A stretch of 64,000 nucleotides of DNA from Spirochaetota bacterium (GCA_043803405.1 JAZDKB010000036.1:64001-128000), one strand, 5' to 3'. Positions 20,374 through 29,779 are shown, counted from the stretch's first letter. A program made the numbers and translations. The notes: a model not told the origin generated them from the letters alone.

Positions 20374-20643
20374 ATGGCAAAAACTATTGAAGCAAAAGAT
20401 ATTATTTTAAAGACAGCAGAAATAATTATCAATGAATTGAAACTGGAAGATATTACAGCCGAGACATTTGACCCGGATCTTGACCTTGTTGATGAACTCG
20501 GAATTGACAGCATGGATCTTACTACTGTTGCGCTTGTGCTTCAGGATGAGTATAATATTACCATTGATGAAGACGACTATCCGACTTTAAAGACAGTACG
20601 GTTAATATCAGATTATATTCAGAAAGAACTTAAGAGTAAATAA
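20374..20643 (+). CDS. Acyl carrier protein
   Basis: ELGIDSMDL phosphopantetheine site, acidic, GGAGG RBS before ATG 20374. Confidence 0.92.
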   Translation: MAKTIEAKDIILKTAEIIINELKLEDITAETFDPDLDLVDELGIDSMDLTTVALVLQDEYNITIDEDDYPTLKTVRLISDYIQKELKSK

Positions 20644-20650
20644 TTTATAT

Positions 20651-21769
20651 ATGATTCAAGCAGGCAAAAAAATAGACGCCCTTGATTTATCAGCCCTGAT
20701 AAATAAAGGCTGCGCTCTTAAAAAAAACAAATGGAAATTCTCCGATCTTATAGCTGATCCGACTATTCGCGATAGATGGGAAAAAGTAAAAAAATATTTC
20801 TTTCTCCGCGAAACCACTTACGATATGAGCAACCGCTGTAATCTGAAATGCGACGGATGCTATTACTATGAGGGCGACAAGCAGTTCACTGAAGAGAACA
20901 GGGACCCGGAAGCATGGCGCGCCCTTATGCGCGAAGAAAAAGCCCGCGGAATAACATACGTGGTACTTGCGGGCGCTGAGCCGTCGCTTTCGCCTGAGCT
21001 TTTAAAAGTGTGCTATGAAGAAATACCGCTCGGGAGCATAGCGACGAACGGCTTTAAGCGCATTCCCGAAGAAGTCGATTACATGATACATATATCAGTA
21101 TGGGGAAATGACAAAACAACGGCAAGGATACGCGGCGCCGAAAACCTGTTAAAAAAGCAAATCCAGAATTACAAAGGCGATCCAAGGGCTGTATTTGTTT
21201 ATACTTTCACAAAAGAGAACATAAACGAAGTCTATGAAGTAATAAATATAATATCGGAAAATAACTGCAAAATAACATTTAACATGTTTTCATCTCCTGT
21301 AGGCTATATGGGTGGCCTTCGTCATACAAAAGAGTCCCTGCTAAGAACAAGAAATGCAATGATAGACCTGTTAAAGAAGTATCCCGATAACGTGCTGTTC
21401 TCACCGTACAGCGCTGTTTCGCATACGCACGAAAAATCCCTGCATGATTTATTTAAATGTTCATATCCGAGAGTAAATTCGTCCACTGATATAGGACTGG
21501 GACGTTCGTTCAGGCAGTACAGGACAAATCTTTCGTGGGACAGAAGCGCGGCGTGCTGCGTGCCCGACACTGACTGCGACGACTGCAGGCATTACGCGTC
21601 CGGGAGCGCTGTAGTAACCGCAAGGCTTTACAGGCACGCGGTAAATCCGGAATCTTTTAAGTCATGGCTGGATTATGTTGACACTTATCTGTCGATCTGG
21701 GTCAGAGGCTACGAAAAAAGCAAAAATCTTTGCGATGTTCCTTACTCACCGCCTGGATTCGAATTATAA
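20651..21769 (+). CDS. Radical SAM protein (paralog 1)
   Basis: CNLKCDGC, AGAEP, IATNG, ISVWG, C-terminal CCVPDTDCDDC. Confidence 0.88.
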   Translation: MIQAGKKIDALDLSALINKGCALKKNKWKFSDLIADPTIRDRWEKVKKYFFLRETTYDMSNRCNLKCDGCYYYEGDKQFTEENRDPEAWRALMREEKARGITYVVLAGAEPSLSPELLKVCYEEIPLGSIATNGFKRIPEEVDYMIHISVWGNDKTTARIRGAENLLKKQIQNYKGDPRAVFVYTFTKENINEVYEVINIISENNCKITFNMFSSPVGYMGGLRHTKESLLRTRNAMIDLLKKYPDNVLFSPYSAVSHTHEKSLHDLFKCSYPRVNSSTDIGLGRSFRQYRTNLSWDRSAACCVPDTDCDDCRHYASGSAVVTARLYRHAVNPESFKSWLDYVDTYLSIWVRGYEKSKNLCDVPYSPPGFEL

Positions 21770-21804
21770 CACACAATCATTTATTTTTATTTTAGGAAAG
21801 GTTA

Positions 21805-22803
21805 ATGGAAACAGTCAGCTCACTATTGGATAAGGAATGGCTGCAAAGATATAAGAATATATCGAAACTCAATATACGCAGTTCCATTTATGATGTTACA
21901 AACCAGTGCAATCTGCGATGCAAGGGCTGTTTCTTTTTTTCATCTGATGAGCACAAGAGGGGTCAGGAAGAAAAAGATTTAAATAAATGGGAACAGTTCA
22001 TTGATAATGAGATAAAACGCGGAGTTAATCTCGCGATTCTGATAGGCGGAGAGCCGACGCTGTACCTTGACAGGGTCGAAGCATTTTACAAAAGGGTGCC
22101 TACATACTGCGCTACAAACGGCATTATTAAAGTTCCGCGCGACCGCTTTCCCGACATGATGATCGGGATATCCCTGTGGGGCGATGAAGAAGACGAAAAA
22201 GTCCTGAGGGGCAAAAACGCTTTTGCTATCTCCAGGAAAAATTATGAAGGCGATCCTCATACATACTATTTGTATACCATCACTCCAAAACAGGTTGGGC
22301 ATACAGAGCGCGTAATAAAGAAAATAAAAGATGCCGGATTAAAAGTACATCTGCAGCTTTTATCCAATGATGAAGATGTTGACGGATTCCACTGGACTGA
22401 GGATCAGCTAAAGGATATATGCATTGAAATGGACGCAATGCTTGACAAATATCCTGAAACAATCATTTCCAGCAAGTATTATCATAAAATCATAACAACA
22501 GGAATAATGATGGGACGTCCTTTCGGCTGGAAAGAATGCCCTTCAGTGACAGAACCGCTCGACAAACGCAATCCCAGACCAAAAAGGCTTATCCATTTCA
22601 TACGCTGGGCATCGGATCTGAAAACCATGCACAGATGCTGCACGTCCGAAACAAGGGATTGCACAACATGCAAAGACGGGGCAGCGCACATGAGCTGGGT
22701 AATGGTCAACAAAAGAGAACACATTAAAACAAAAGAAGATCTCCAGAACTGGATTGAAGTTTACGAGATGTTCGCGAAATTATACCAGTTCATTCCCTGG
22801 TGA
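21805..22803 (+). CDS. Radical SAM protein (paralog 2)
   Basis: CNLRCKGC, IGGEP, CATNG, ISLWG, C-terminal CCTSETRDCTTC. Confidence 0.88.
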   Translation: METVSSLLDKEWLQRYKNISKLNIRSSIYDVTNQCNLRCKGCFFFSSDEHKRGQEEKDLNKWEQFIDNEIKRGVNLAILIGGEPTLYLDRVEAFYKRVPTYCATNGIIKVPRDRFPDMMIGISLWGDEEDEKVLRGKNAFAISRKNYEGDPHTYYLYTITPKQVGHTERVIKKIKDAGLKVHLQLLSNDEDVDGFHWTEDQLKDICIEMDAMLDKYPETIISSKYYHKIITTGIMMGRPFGWKECPSVTEPLDKRNPRPKRLIHFIRWASDLKTMHRCCTSETRDCTTCKDGAAHMSWVMVNKREHIKTKEDLQNWIEVYEMFAKLYQFIPW

Positions 22804-22807
22804 CCTC

Positions 22808-22957
22808 ATGAGACTGTCTCATAATAAAAAATTTGCCACAGAGGCACAAAGGATATTTACTTAAATAAAGCTGTTTTATTAATATTTTAAACAATTCATT
22901 AAAATAATTGTTAAACTCTGTGCCTCAGTGTCTCAGTGGCATTCTTTTGAGACAATC
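22808..22957. repeat. Nested intergenic inverted-repeat element
   Basis: Palindrome ATGAGACTGTCTCAT (22808-22822); TGCCACAGAGGCACAAAG pairs with CTCTGTGCCTCAGTGTCTCAGTGGCA (22916-22941); outer pair GACTGTCTCA/TGAGACAATC. Confidence 0.7.
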
Positions 22958-23002
22958 CCCAGGGAGTGAGGTTCAAAACATACTTTTAGTATTAAATAAA
23001 AA

Positions 23003-24262
23003 TTGGCAAAAGAACGAAACAAACAGGCAGTAATACTGGGATACGATACTGTATCGCCTCTCGGAACAGATTTCCAAATCCAATGGAAGCGCGCTGTTAA
23101 CGGAGAATGCGGTATAAAGGAACTTACTCGCTTTCCGCTACGTGAAGGTTTCCCGGTTAAAATTGCCGGACAGGTTGATGAAATTGACTGCACGCCTTAT
23201 CCGTTTTTAAGCCCCCGGGAGCTGGCCAACTGGACTTCTCCGATATTCAAATATGCAATGCTGGTTGTGCACAGAGCGCTTGTAAAAAGCGGAATAGAAA
23301 TAACACCTGAATTATCCCCGAGAATCGGCATTACCTTCAGCTCTGCTGTAGGCGGCCTTGATGCAGTTATTAATGCTGACAGATTATTAAACGCGAAAAA
23401 CAAACTGCCTCATCCGTTTACAAATCCGAATTCATGCATAAATATGGTAGGCGGAAAAGTATCTATATTAACAAAAGCCACAGGTCCGATTGTCTCAACC
23501 GTTACCGCGTGCGCTACAGGATGCACATCCATGATTATAGGCTCAATGATGATTGAGCAGGGAATGGCGGATGCTGTTATATGCGGAGCTGTAGATTTCT
23601 CGCTGGTTGAACCTATTGTCGGGGGCTTTGCTTCGATGAACGGCACATACAGCCCCAAAAAAGGCCAGCCTCATGAAGCGCCGGAAAAGACAAGCCGTCC
23701 ATTTTCAATTAACAGAAGGGGATTCGTAATAAGCGAAGGAGCGGGGTCGGTAATAATTGCGTCCAGGGAATTTGCAGAATCGCACGGTCTTAAATATAAT
23801 ATTGCAATATCCGGTTACAGCATGACATCTGATGCGCATCATTTTGTGGCGCCTAATTATGAAACAGTTAAAAGATGCATTGCCCAGTCTATAGAAAATG
23901 CCGGACTTAAACCGCAGGATATTTCTGCCGTAAACGCGCATGCAACATCTACCAAAATAGGCGATACGGTTGAAGTTAAAGCTTTAACCGATGTTTTTAG
24001 CGGCAAAATACCGCCGGCTTCAGGAAACAAATCGCAGATAGGGCATTGCATGGGTGCTTCAAGCGCAATCGAGGCTATTTTTGCCATGGAAGGTATGATG
24101 CGCTATACATTGCTTCCTACAATAAACTATACGCCCGATCCTGAACTTGTTATCGACTGCGTACCGGAGGGCGCGAGGCACGCTGAACAGGAATTTGTGC
24201 TAAAAAACGCGTTCGGGTTCGGCGGATGCAATTCATGCCTTGTTTTTCAAAGAGAAAATTAA
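23003..24262 (+). CDS. fabF: Beta-ketoacyl-ACP synthase II-like (KS 1)
   Basis: TACATG (Cys), NAHATST, KSQIGH, SRPF..R.GFVISEGAG, NAFGFGG; TTG start. Confidence 0.9.
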   Translation: MAKERNKQAVILGYDTVSPLGTDFQIQWKRAVNGECGIKELTRFPLREGFPVKIAGQVDEIDCTPYPFLSPRELANWTSPIFKYAMLVVHRALVKSGIEITPELSPRIGITFSSAVGGLDAVINADRLLNAKNKLPHPFTNPNSCINMVGGKVSILTKATGPIVSTVTACATGCTSMIIGSMMIEQGMADAVICGAVDFSLVEPIVGGFASMNGTYSPKKGQPHEAPEKTSRPFSINRRGFVISEGAGSVIIASREFAESHGLKYNIAISGYSMTSDAHHFVAPNYETVKRCIAQSIENAGLKPQDISAVNAHATSTKIGDTVEVKALTDVFSGKIPPASGNKSQIGHCMGASSAIEAIFAMEGMMRYTLLPTINYTPDPELVIDCVPEGARHAEQEFVLKNAFGFGGCNSCLVFQREN

Positions 24263-24265
24263 TTT

Positions 24266-24464
24266 ACCACAGATGGACACAGATTAAACAAGTTATTAAA
24301 AATTTTGATAAAAGGATATTTTTTAGTTTTAAAAAAATTATTTTCCTTTACTTACTTTATTTCTTTTATTTTTATATCTTCAAATGTGTATAATATTATA
24401 CTTTTCGAATAATTTTTTTTAAAATTTGAGACATAATTATAATTTTTCTGTGTAAATCTGTGGT
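24266..24464. repeat. Inverted-repeat-bounded AT-rich element between the two fabF genes
   Basis: ACCACAGATGGACACAGA (24266-24283) versus TCTGTGTAAATCTGTGGT (24447-24464), 16/18 inverted match. Confidence 0.7.
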
Positions 24465-24473
24465 TAAACAATT

Positions 24474-25739
24474 ATGAAGGCACCAAAGAACAGACGCGTA
24501 TTCGTTATCGGATACGAAGTCATAACTCCGCTCGGAAAAACTTTTAAAGAGACCTGGAACAGGGCTGTAAAATCGGAAGCCGGTTTCAGGAAGCTTACCA
24601 AGTTTAATGTGCAGTCGGATTGCAACGTGGTCGGGGAAATACCGGATTGGAATCCTGCAGAATTTAATTTTGTAGATGAAAAAGAAATATATAACTGGAA
24701 CGCTGCTTTTATTATTTTAACAATGGCAGTATGCAAGGCAGCGCTCGAAAATTCCGGGCTTGAGATTAATAAGATAACGAGTCCGAGAACCGCCTGTTTA
24801 ATATCATCCTGTATTAATGGACATGATGCATACCGTATTGCAATGGACAGCCTTCTTAACAAAGGGCCATTAAAAGTGAGTCCTTATTTGCTTCCGAACA
24901 TGTGCGGAAATCTGCCGGGTGGAAAATCAAGCATGCTTCTGGGCTTTACGGGTCCCATATTTTCACCGCAGGGCGCATGCGCTTCGGGCAACCATTCAAT
25001 CGGACTCGGAGCCCGTATGATAAGGGATGGAGACTGCGACTTTGCAATAGTGGGCGGAGCTGACACTCCTATCCTTCCGGAAATAATTCACGGATTCGAC
25101 AACATGAATGCCACCTTAAAGGTGCGGCCAAAAGACCGCGCTTACGATGATCCGGCTCAGGCCTCCAGGCCGTTCAGCGGTGACAGAAAGGGCTTTATAC
25201 TGTCCGAGGGCGCAGGGGCGCTTGTACTTGCTGCCGAGGAGATGCTCACGACTTATGGTTTAAAACCGAAAGCTGAAGTGCTCGGCATAGGCTGGACATC
25301 GGACGCGTATCATTTTACAACGCCGAATAAAGACAGCATTGTCCGCTGCATAAACGAAGCAATTGATGACGCGGCTTTAAAACCTGAGGACATCCAGTAT
25401 GTAAATGCCCACGGCACGTCAACGCAGACGGGAGACAGAAGCGAGGTCGAATGCCTTCAAAGAGTGTTCGGTAAACACCTTGCTCACATGCCGGTATCCT
25501 CAAACAAATCCCAGCTTGGCCATACGCTTGCGGGTTGCGCTGCAATAGAAGCTGCGCTTACAATAGAAGGAATGCAAAAAGGAATAATCCTGCCGACCAT
25601 TAATCATATACCTGACCCTAAGATAGAGAACATTGACGTGGTTCCCAACACACCGCGCAAACAAAATTTTGAGCTTGCGCTTTCCAATGCATTCGGCTTT
25701 GGCGGCACCAACTGCTGCGTCATATTCAGGGGAGTTTAG
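24474..25739 (+). CDS. fabF: Beta-ketoacyl-ACP synthase II-like (KS 2)
   Basis: GACASG (Cys), NAHGTST, KSQLGH, SRPFSGDRKGFILSEGAG, NAFGFGGTN. Confidence 0.9.
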   Translation: MKAPKNRRVFVIGYEVITPLGKTFKETWNRAVKSEAGFRKLTKFNVQSDCNVVGEIPDWNPAEFNFVDEKEIYNWNAAFIILTMAVCKAALENSGLEINKITSPRTACLISSCINGHDAYRIAMDSLLNKGPLKVSPYLLPNMCGNLPGGKSSMLLGFTGPIFSPQGACASGNHSIGLGARMIRDGDCDFAIVGGADTPILPEIIHGFDNMNATLKVRPKDRAYDDPAQASRPFSGDRKGFILSEGAGALVLAAEEMLTTYGLKPKAEVLGIGWTSDAYHFTTPNKDSIVRCINEAIDDAALKPEDIQYVNAHGTSTQTGDRSEVECLQRVFGKHLAHMPVSSNKSQLGHTLAGCAAIEAALTIEGMQKGIILPTINHIPDPKIENIDVVPNTPRKQNFELALSNAFGFGGTNCCVIFRGV

Positions 25740-25740
25740 A

Positions 25741-26229
25741 ATGAAGCCGAAGCCTTTTATTGCAAAGATATATAATAATGACGAACGTTATGTGAAAGAA
25801 GAGTCAACCGGCCTCATCTGGCACAGATGCAGCCACCGCACGCTGTACGCTGATACTGACCGGTCGTCCGTGGTTTATCATTCCAATTATCTGCGCTATT
25901 TCGAGCAGGGACGCGCTACCCTTATGCGCGATAACGTGTACCCGTATTATGAAATAGAAGAAAGCGGGTACGTATATCCGATCATTGAAACTGGGATCAA
26001 ATACTTCAGGCCTCTTCGTTATGATGACCTGATGTGGATTCATACAAGGCCGGATATGATAGAACGCGTTAAGCTGCAGTTCGAATATTTAATAACTCAT
26101 ACCGAAACCGGCGAAATCGTCTGCACCGGTTTCACCCGTCATTGCGCTTCCAATAAATCCGGCAAACCTGTCGCAATAGATCCCAAAACGGTTGAGCTAT
26201 GGAAAAACTTCCCAATAATCCGGAAATGA
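25741..26229 (+). CDS. 4HBT/YbgC-family acyl-CoA/ACP thioesterase
   Basis: YADTD...VVYHSNYLRYFEQGR, KYFRPLRYDD; ATG 25741 directly after the fabF stop. Confidence 0.9.
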   Translation: MKPKPFIAKIYNNDERYVKEESTGLIWHRCSHRTLYADTDRSSVVYHSNYLRYFEQGRATLMRDNVYPYYEIEESGYVYPIIETGIKYFRPLRYDDLMWIHTRPDMIERVKLQFEYLITHTETGEIVCTGFTRHCASNKSGKPVAIDPKTVELWKNFPIIRK

Positions 26230-27710
26230 CCGGGAAACAAAGTATTCAAATCGAAATACCAATCTATCCGTTCATGAAAGATCACAGATTTTCCGGCAGA
26301 ATTGTTATCCCTGCTGTGGAATTATGCCAGGTACTTGCTCTGGAAATAAAAAAGCATATACCGGATATAAATAATCAAATAATATATAATGCTTCATTCG
26401 ATAAATTTATTGATATCAATGGTGATGAGAAAATAACTGCACTTAACGAAATTAAATCTTATGAGGACGGCACGTTTGTATCAAAACTATTAACAAAGAC
26501 AAAAACAAGATCCGGCATAATCCGCACCAATGAACATGTATCAATGGACTTCAGAAAGGACGCTCTGCCATTTAAAGAATTAACTTACGATGTCGCTTCT
26601 GCGCTTGACGGCTTGTGTTTGCGGGTGCAGCCACAGGAAATCTACAGCGAGCTTGTGCCGTTCGGCCCGGCTTATCATAATGTCACAGGCGACCTGTATG
26701 TGGCGGACAGCGGAGCTGCTGCCTGCATAGTTGCACCGGCGGAGATGAGCCCCGGCCCGCTCGGGTCGCCTTTTGTTTTCGATGCTGCTTTGCACGCTGC
26801 CAGCGTATGGGCGCAGCGTTATCATAATACAACTGCTTTTCCGGTCGCGTTTTCCAAGCGGATCATACTAAAGCCGGCAGAGGCAGGCAAAAAATATTTT
26901 ACAAGGATTATTCCGGTACAGTCCGAAGCAAAAATATTTAAATTTGATATCTGGATTTACGATTACGAAGGCGTTCTTCGCGAGGCGGGGTTCGGCGTCT
27001 CATTCAGGGATGTAACCGGAGGCACATTACAGACTCCGGAATGGATAACTAAAAATAAAAATAATTTATTGTATGATATTTTATCGAAATGTGATGCGTT
27101 TTCGGTTGTTGAGCTGGATCAGATACCGGAGTTCGCCTCCAAAGCTCTCTCAATCGATGAACTTCGCAGGCTGGAACCCATGAGAGAGAAACGCAGAAAA
27201 AGTTACACAGGCGCAAGACTGGCATGTAAATTTCTTTCCAGGAAACTCTCCAAAGAAAGCTTTGATCTGCCCGCAGATAAAATCACAACTATCATAAATA
27301 ACATTTACCCTGCATGCCCGCTTCCGGACGGCAGCATGCCATACAAATGTACGGTTTCTCACGACAGCCGTTTCGCTGTTGCAGCAGCATCACGAAAGCG
27401 CATAGGCATTGATGTTGAAGAGATATCTGAGCGTGTTATAGAGCTAAGAAAATATTATATGAGCGAGGAAGAACAAAATCTTGTTGATTCTTCAGGTCTG
27501 GAAAAAAAGGCAGCATGCCTCAGGATCTGGTCAATTAAGGAAGCAGTAACAAAAGCTCTCGACATAGATCTAACCGGATCATGGAAAAGCGTGCAGGTAA
27601 TGGATATCGGTGAAAATATCACCAAATTTTTAATTAATAATATTGAAAATAATGCATACCACTGTACTATAGATAATCATATCTTTACGCTGGTTCAGTT
27701 CGGGGAATAA
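26226..27710 (+). CDS. Fusion: PKS-type double-hotdog dehydratase + Sfp-type 4'-phosphopantetheinyl transferase
   Basis: DHRFSGRIVIP (HxxxGxxxxP), FGPAYH, FDAALH; C-terminal TVSHD, IGIDVE, WSIKEAVTKA. Confidence 0.82.
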   Translation: MTGKQSIQIEIPIYPFMKDHRFSGRIVIPAVELCQVLALEIKKHIPDINNQIIYNASFDKFIDINGDEKITALNEIKSYEDGTFVSKLLTKTKTRSGIIRTNEHVSMDFRKDALPFKELTYDVASALDGLCLRVQPQEIYSELVPFGPAYHNVTGDLYVADSGAAACIVAPAEMSPGPLGSPFVFDAALHAASVWAQRYHNTTAFPVAFSKRIILKPAEAGKKYFTRIIPVQSEAKIFKFDIWIYDYEGVLREAGFGVSFRDVTGGTLQTPEWITKNKNNLLYDILSKCDAFSVVELDQIPEFASKALSIDELRRLEPMREKRRKSYTGARLACKFLSRKLSKESFDLPADKITTIINNIYPACPLPDGSMPYKCTVSHDSRFAVAAASRKRIGIDVEEISERVIELRKYYMSEEEQNLVDSSGLEKKAACLRIWSIKEAVTKALDIDLTGSWKSVQVMDIGENITKFLINNIENNAYHCTIDNHIFTLVQFGE

Positions 27711-28300
27711 TGTTGCAGGTTATCATTCTATTTATAGCTGCGTATCTGGCTGGTTCTGTTAATATAGCTATTCTGCTTTTTAAAATTATCGGCAAGGAAG
27801 ATCCGCGCAGCAAATTCAGCGGCAATGCTGGAACAGTAAACATTTACCGCCAGGCAGGGCTTTTCTGGGCAGCGGTTGTATTTATACTGGATTTCAGCAA
27901 AGCAATCGGGTTATCCGCGCTTTCTTTGCATCTGTTGGAACCGGAGTTCGCGCCGCTGATCTGCTTAGGGTTGCTTCTGGGAAACAGGTTCCCGTGCTTT
28001 CATGGTTTCCGCGGAGGAAAAGGAGTAGCGAACTTTCTCGGATTTACCGCAGTTATTACGCCGATATGGGCAGGGGCAGCTGCAGCTGTGTGGGTAATTG
28101 TTTACCTGATTGTGAAGACGCCTTTTATTGCATCGCTTTCAATGACGATTCTGTTGGCTATCGGGATTATAATAGCAAATCAATATAATCAGTTCTCTGC
28201 GGTAATCAGTATCCTGATAGTATTATTTATTATTTATAATCATAAAATAAATATTACTGAATTTAAAAAGAATTTTAAAAATCAGTCCAAATCTCCATAA
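27710..28300 (+). CDS. plsY: Glycerol-3-phosphate acyltransferase PlsY
   Basis: YLAGS, DPR...SGNAGTVN, DFSKA, FRGGKGVA, HKINI; multi-TM. Confidence 0.88.
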   Translation: MLQVIILFIAAYLAGSVNIAILLFKIIGKEDPRSKFSGNAGTVNIYRQAGLFWAAVVFILDFSKAIGLSALSLHLLEPEFAPLICLGLLLGNRFPCFHGFRGGKGVANFLGFTAVITPIWAGAAAAVWVIVYLIVKTPFIASLSMTILLAIGIIIANQYNQFSAVISILIVLFIIYNHKINITEFKKNFKNQSKSP

Positions 28301-28387
28301 CCGCAATAAGTCGGGATAATAATTATCCTGATTTATTCGCTAAGATAAGAGGTTTTGGAATGCAATAATGTTAAAGAAGAATGAGTT

Positions 28388-29779
28388 ATGAATAACAAAT
28401 TATTTATTATAATATTGATTTGTATCTTATCATTAATAACCAGCTTTGCGTATTTAGAAGAAAACACAAATGCTGAAAAACTGCCGAAAAACGCAAAATA
28501 CCTGCAGGAACCGGTGTTTAACAGTAAAATATATTTTTATGAATCAGACAACGAATTCAAAATAAATGTTATACTGGTACACGGCGTAGGCGATGACGCT
28601 TCGGATATATGGAAAGGCCTGGTCCCGGTGCTTGAAAAACAGTTTCATGTGATTTATTTTGATCTTCCGGGATTCGGAAGATCGGGAAAAGAAGATGCCC
28701 TTTATTCGCCGCAAAACTACGCAGCATTAATTAAATGGATCCGTGACCGGAACCCGGATAAACCGATGTACTTAATCGGGCACTCAATGGGCGGGGCTAT
28801 TTCGCTTTGTTATGCAGGCACATATCCACAAAGCTTACAGCGCCTCATACTTGTTGACGCAGCAGGCATTTTGCACAGAACGGCTTTTACAAAAAACCTC
28901 GCGGAAGCTAAAGTATCGGAACTGAGCAGAAATAAAATTTTCAGCGATGAACTGGATATATTAAGCCGCTTTATTGAGACCAGCTTATTAATGAACGAAA
29001 TGCAGCAGATACTTCCAAAGGATTTATCGCCTGTTCTTGAAAATTCTTTTTTAAGGCGAAAGCTTCTCAGCAGTCCGCAAAAAATAGCATCCGTATCTAT
29101 GATTTACAGTGATTTCAGCAAGCAGATTGAAAATATTAATGTTCCGTGTTTTATTATATGGGGCGGTAAAGATCCGATAGCGCCGCTAAGAACAGGCAAA
29201 ATGCTTGCCTCGAATATTCAGAACTCAAGTCTTTTTATAATGCCCGGGCTTGGCCATAACCCGATGATCGAACGTCCTGCCGAATTTAATAATCTTATCT
29301 TAAAAAGTCTAACTGCCGAATCCGTGCCAAATCAGGAAAAAAAATCACAATCTTTAAATATTAAATCCATCACACTCGACAACAGAGAAAACGTGATCAT
29401 TGAGGGTGATTATAAAGAAATTAAGATAAATAATTGCCGGAATATTTTAATAAAAAATACAAATGCCAGTGCAGTTAAAATAAAAAATTCGTGGGTTGAT
29501 ATGGAAAATATTTCTGTAAATTCCTCCGAAGTCGGCATGATTCTGGAAGAATCAATCATTGAAATTACCGGCGGTGTTATTTCCGGGGATACTGGGATTT
29601 CGGTTTCCGACAGCAAAGTCGATATCGCAGGAGTAAAAATAGAAGGGAAAAAGGCTGCAGTTTCATCAAGTTCAAAAAGCAATTCCACTATTGTTTTTTC
29701 AGTATGCAGAATCAGAAGCCCTTACAACAATAAAAATATTCATGATATTATTGAGATCACAAAGGAAAACTCATTATAA
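28388..29779 (+). CDS. Exported alpha/beta hydrolase with C-terminal beta-helix-like domain
   Basis: Signal/TM N terminus, LVHG, DLPGFGRS, GHSMGG, WGGKD, GHNPM; C-terminal I/N/S-rich beta repeats. Confidence 0.85.
   Translation: MNNKLFIIILICILSLITSFAYLEENTNAEKLPKNAKYLQEPVFNSKIYFYESDNEFKINVILVHGVGDDASDIWKGLVPVLEKQFHVIYFDLPGFGRSGKEDALYSPQNYAALIKWIRDRNPDKPMYLIGHSMGGAISLCYAGTYPQSLQRLILVDAAGILHRTAFTKNLAEAKVSELSRNKIFSDELDILSRFIETSLLMNEMQQILPKDLSPVLENSFLRRKLLSSPQKIASVSMIYSDFSKQIENINVPCFIIWGGKDPIAPLRTGKMLASNIQNSSLFIMPGLGHNPMIERPAEFNNLILKSLTAESVPNQEKKSQSLNIKSITLDNRENVIIEGDYKEIKINNCRNILIKNTNASAVKIKNSWVDMENISVNSSEVGMILEESIIEITGGVISGDTGISVSDSKVDIAGVKIEGKKAAVSSSSKSNSTIVFSVCRIRSPYNNKNIHDIIEITKENSL

Noticed and set aside
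22801..22825. Selenocysteine readthrough at the radical SAM TGA followed by a hairpin
   Set aside because: An in-frame TAA follows after six codons, and the hairpin belongs to the repeat element.
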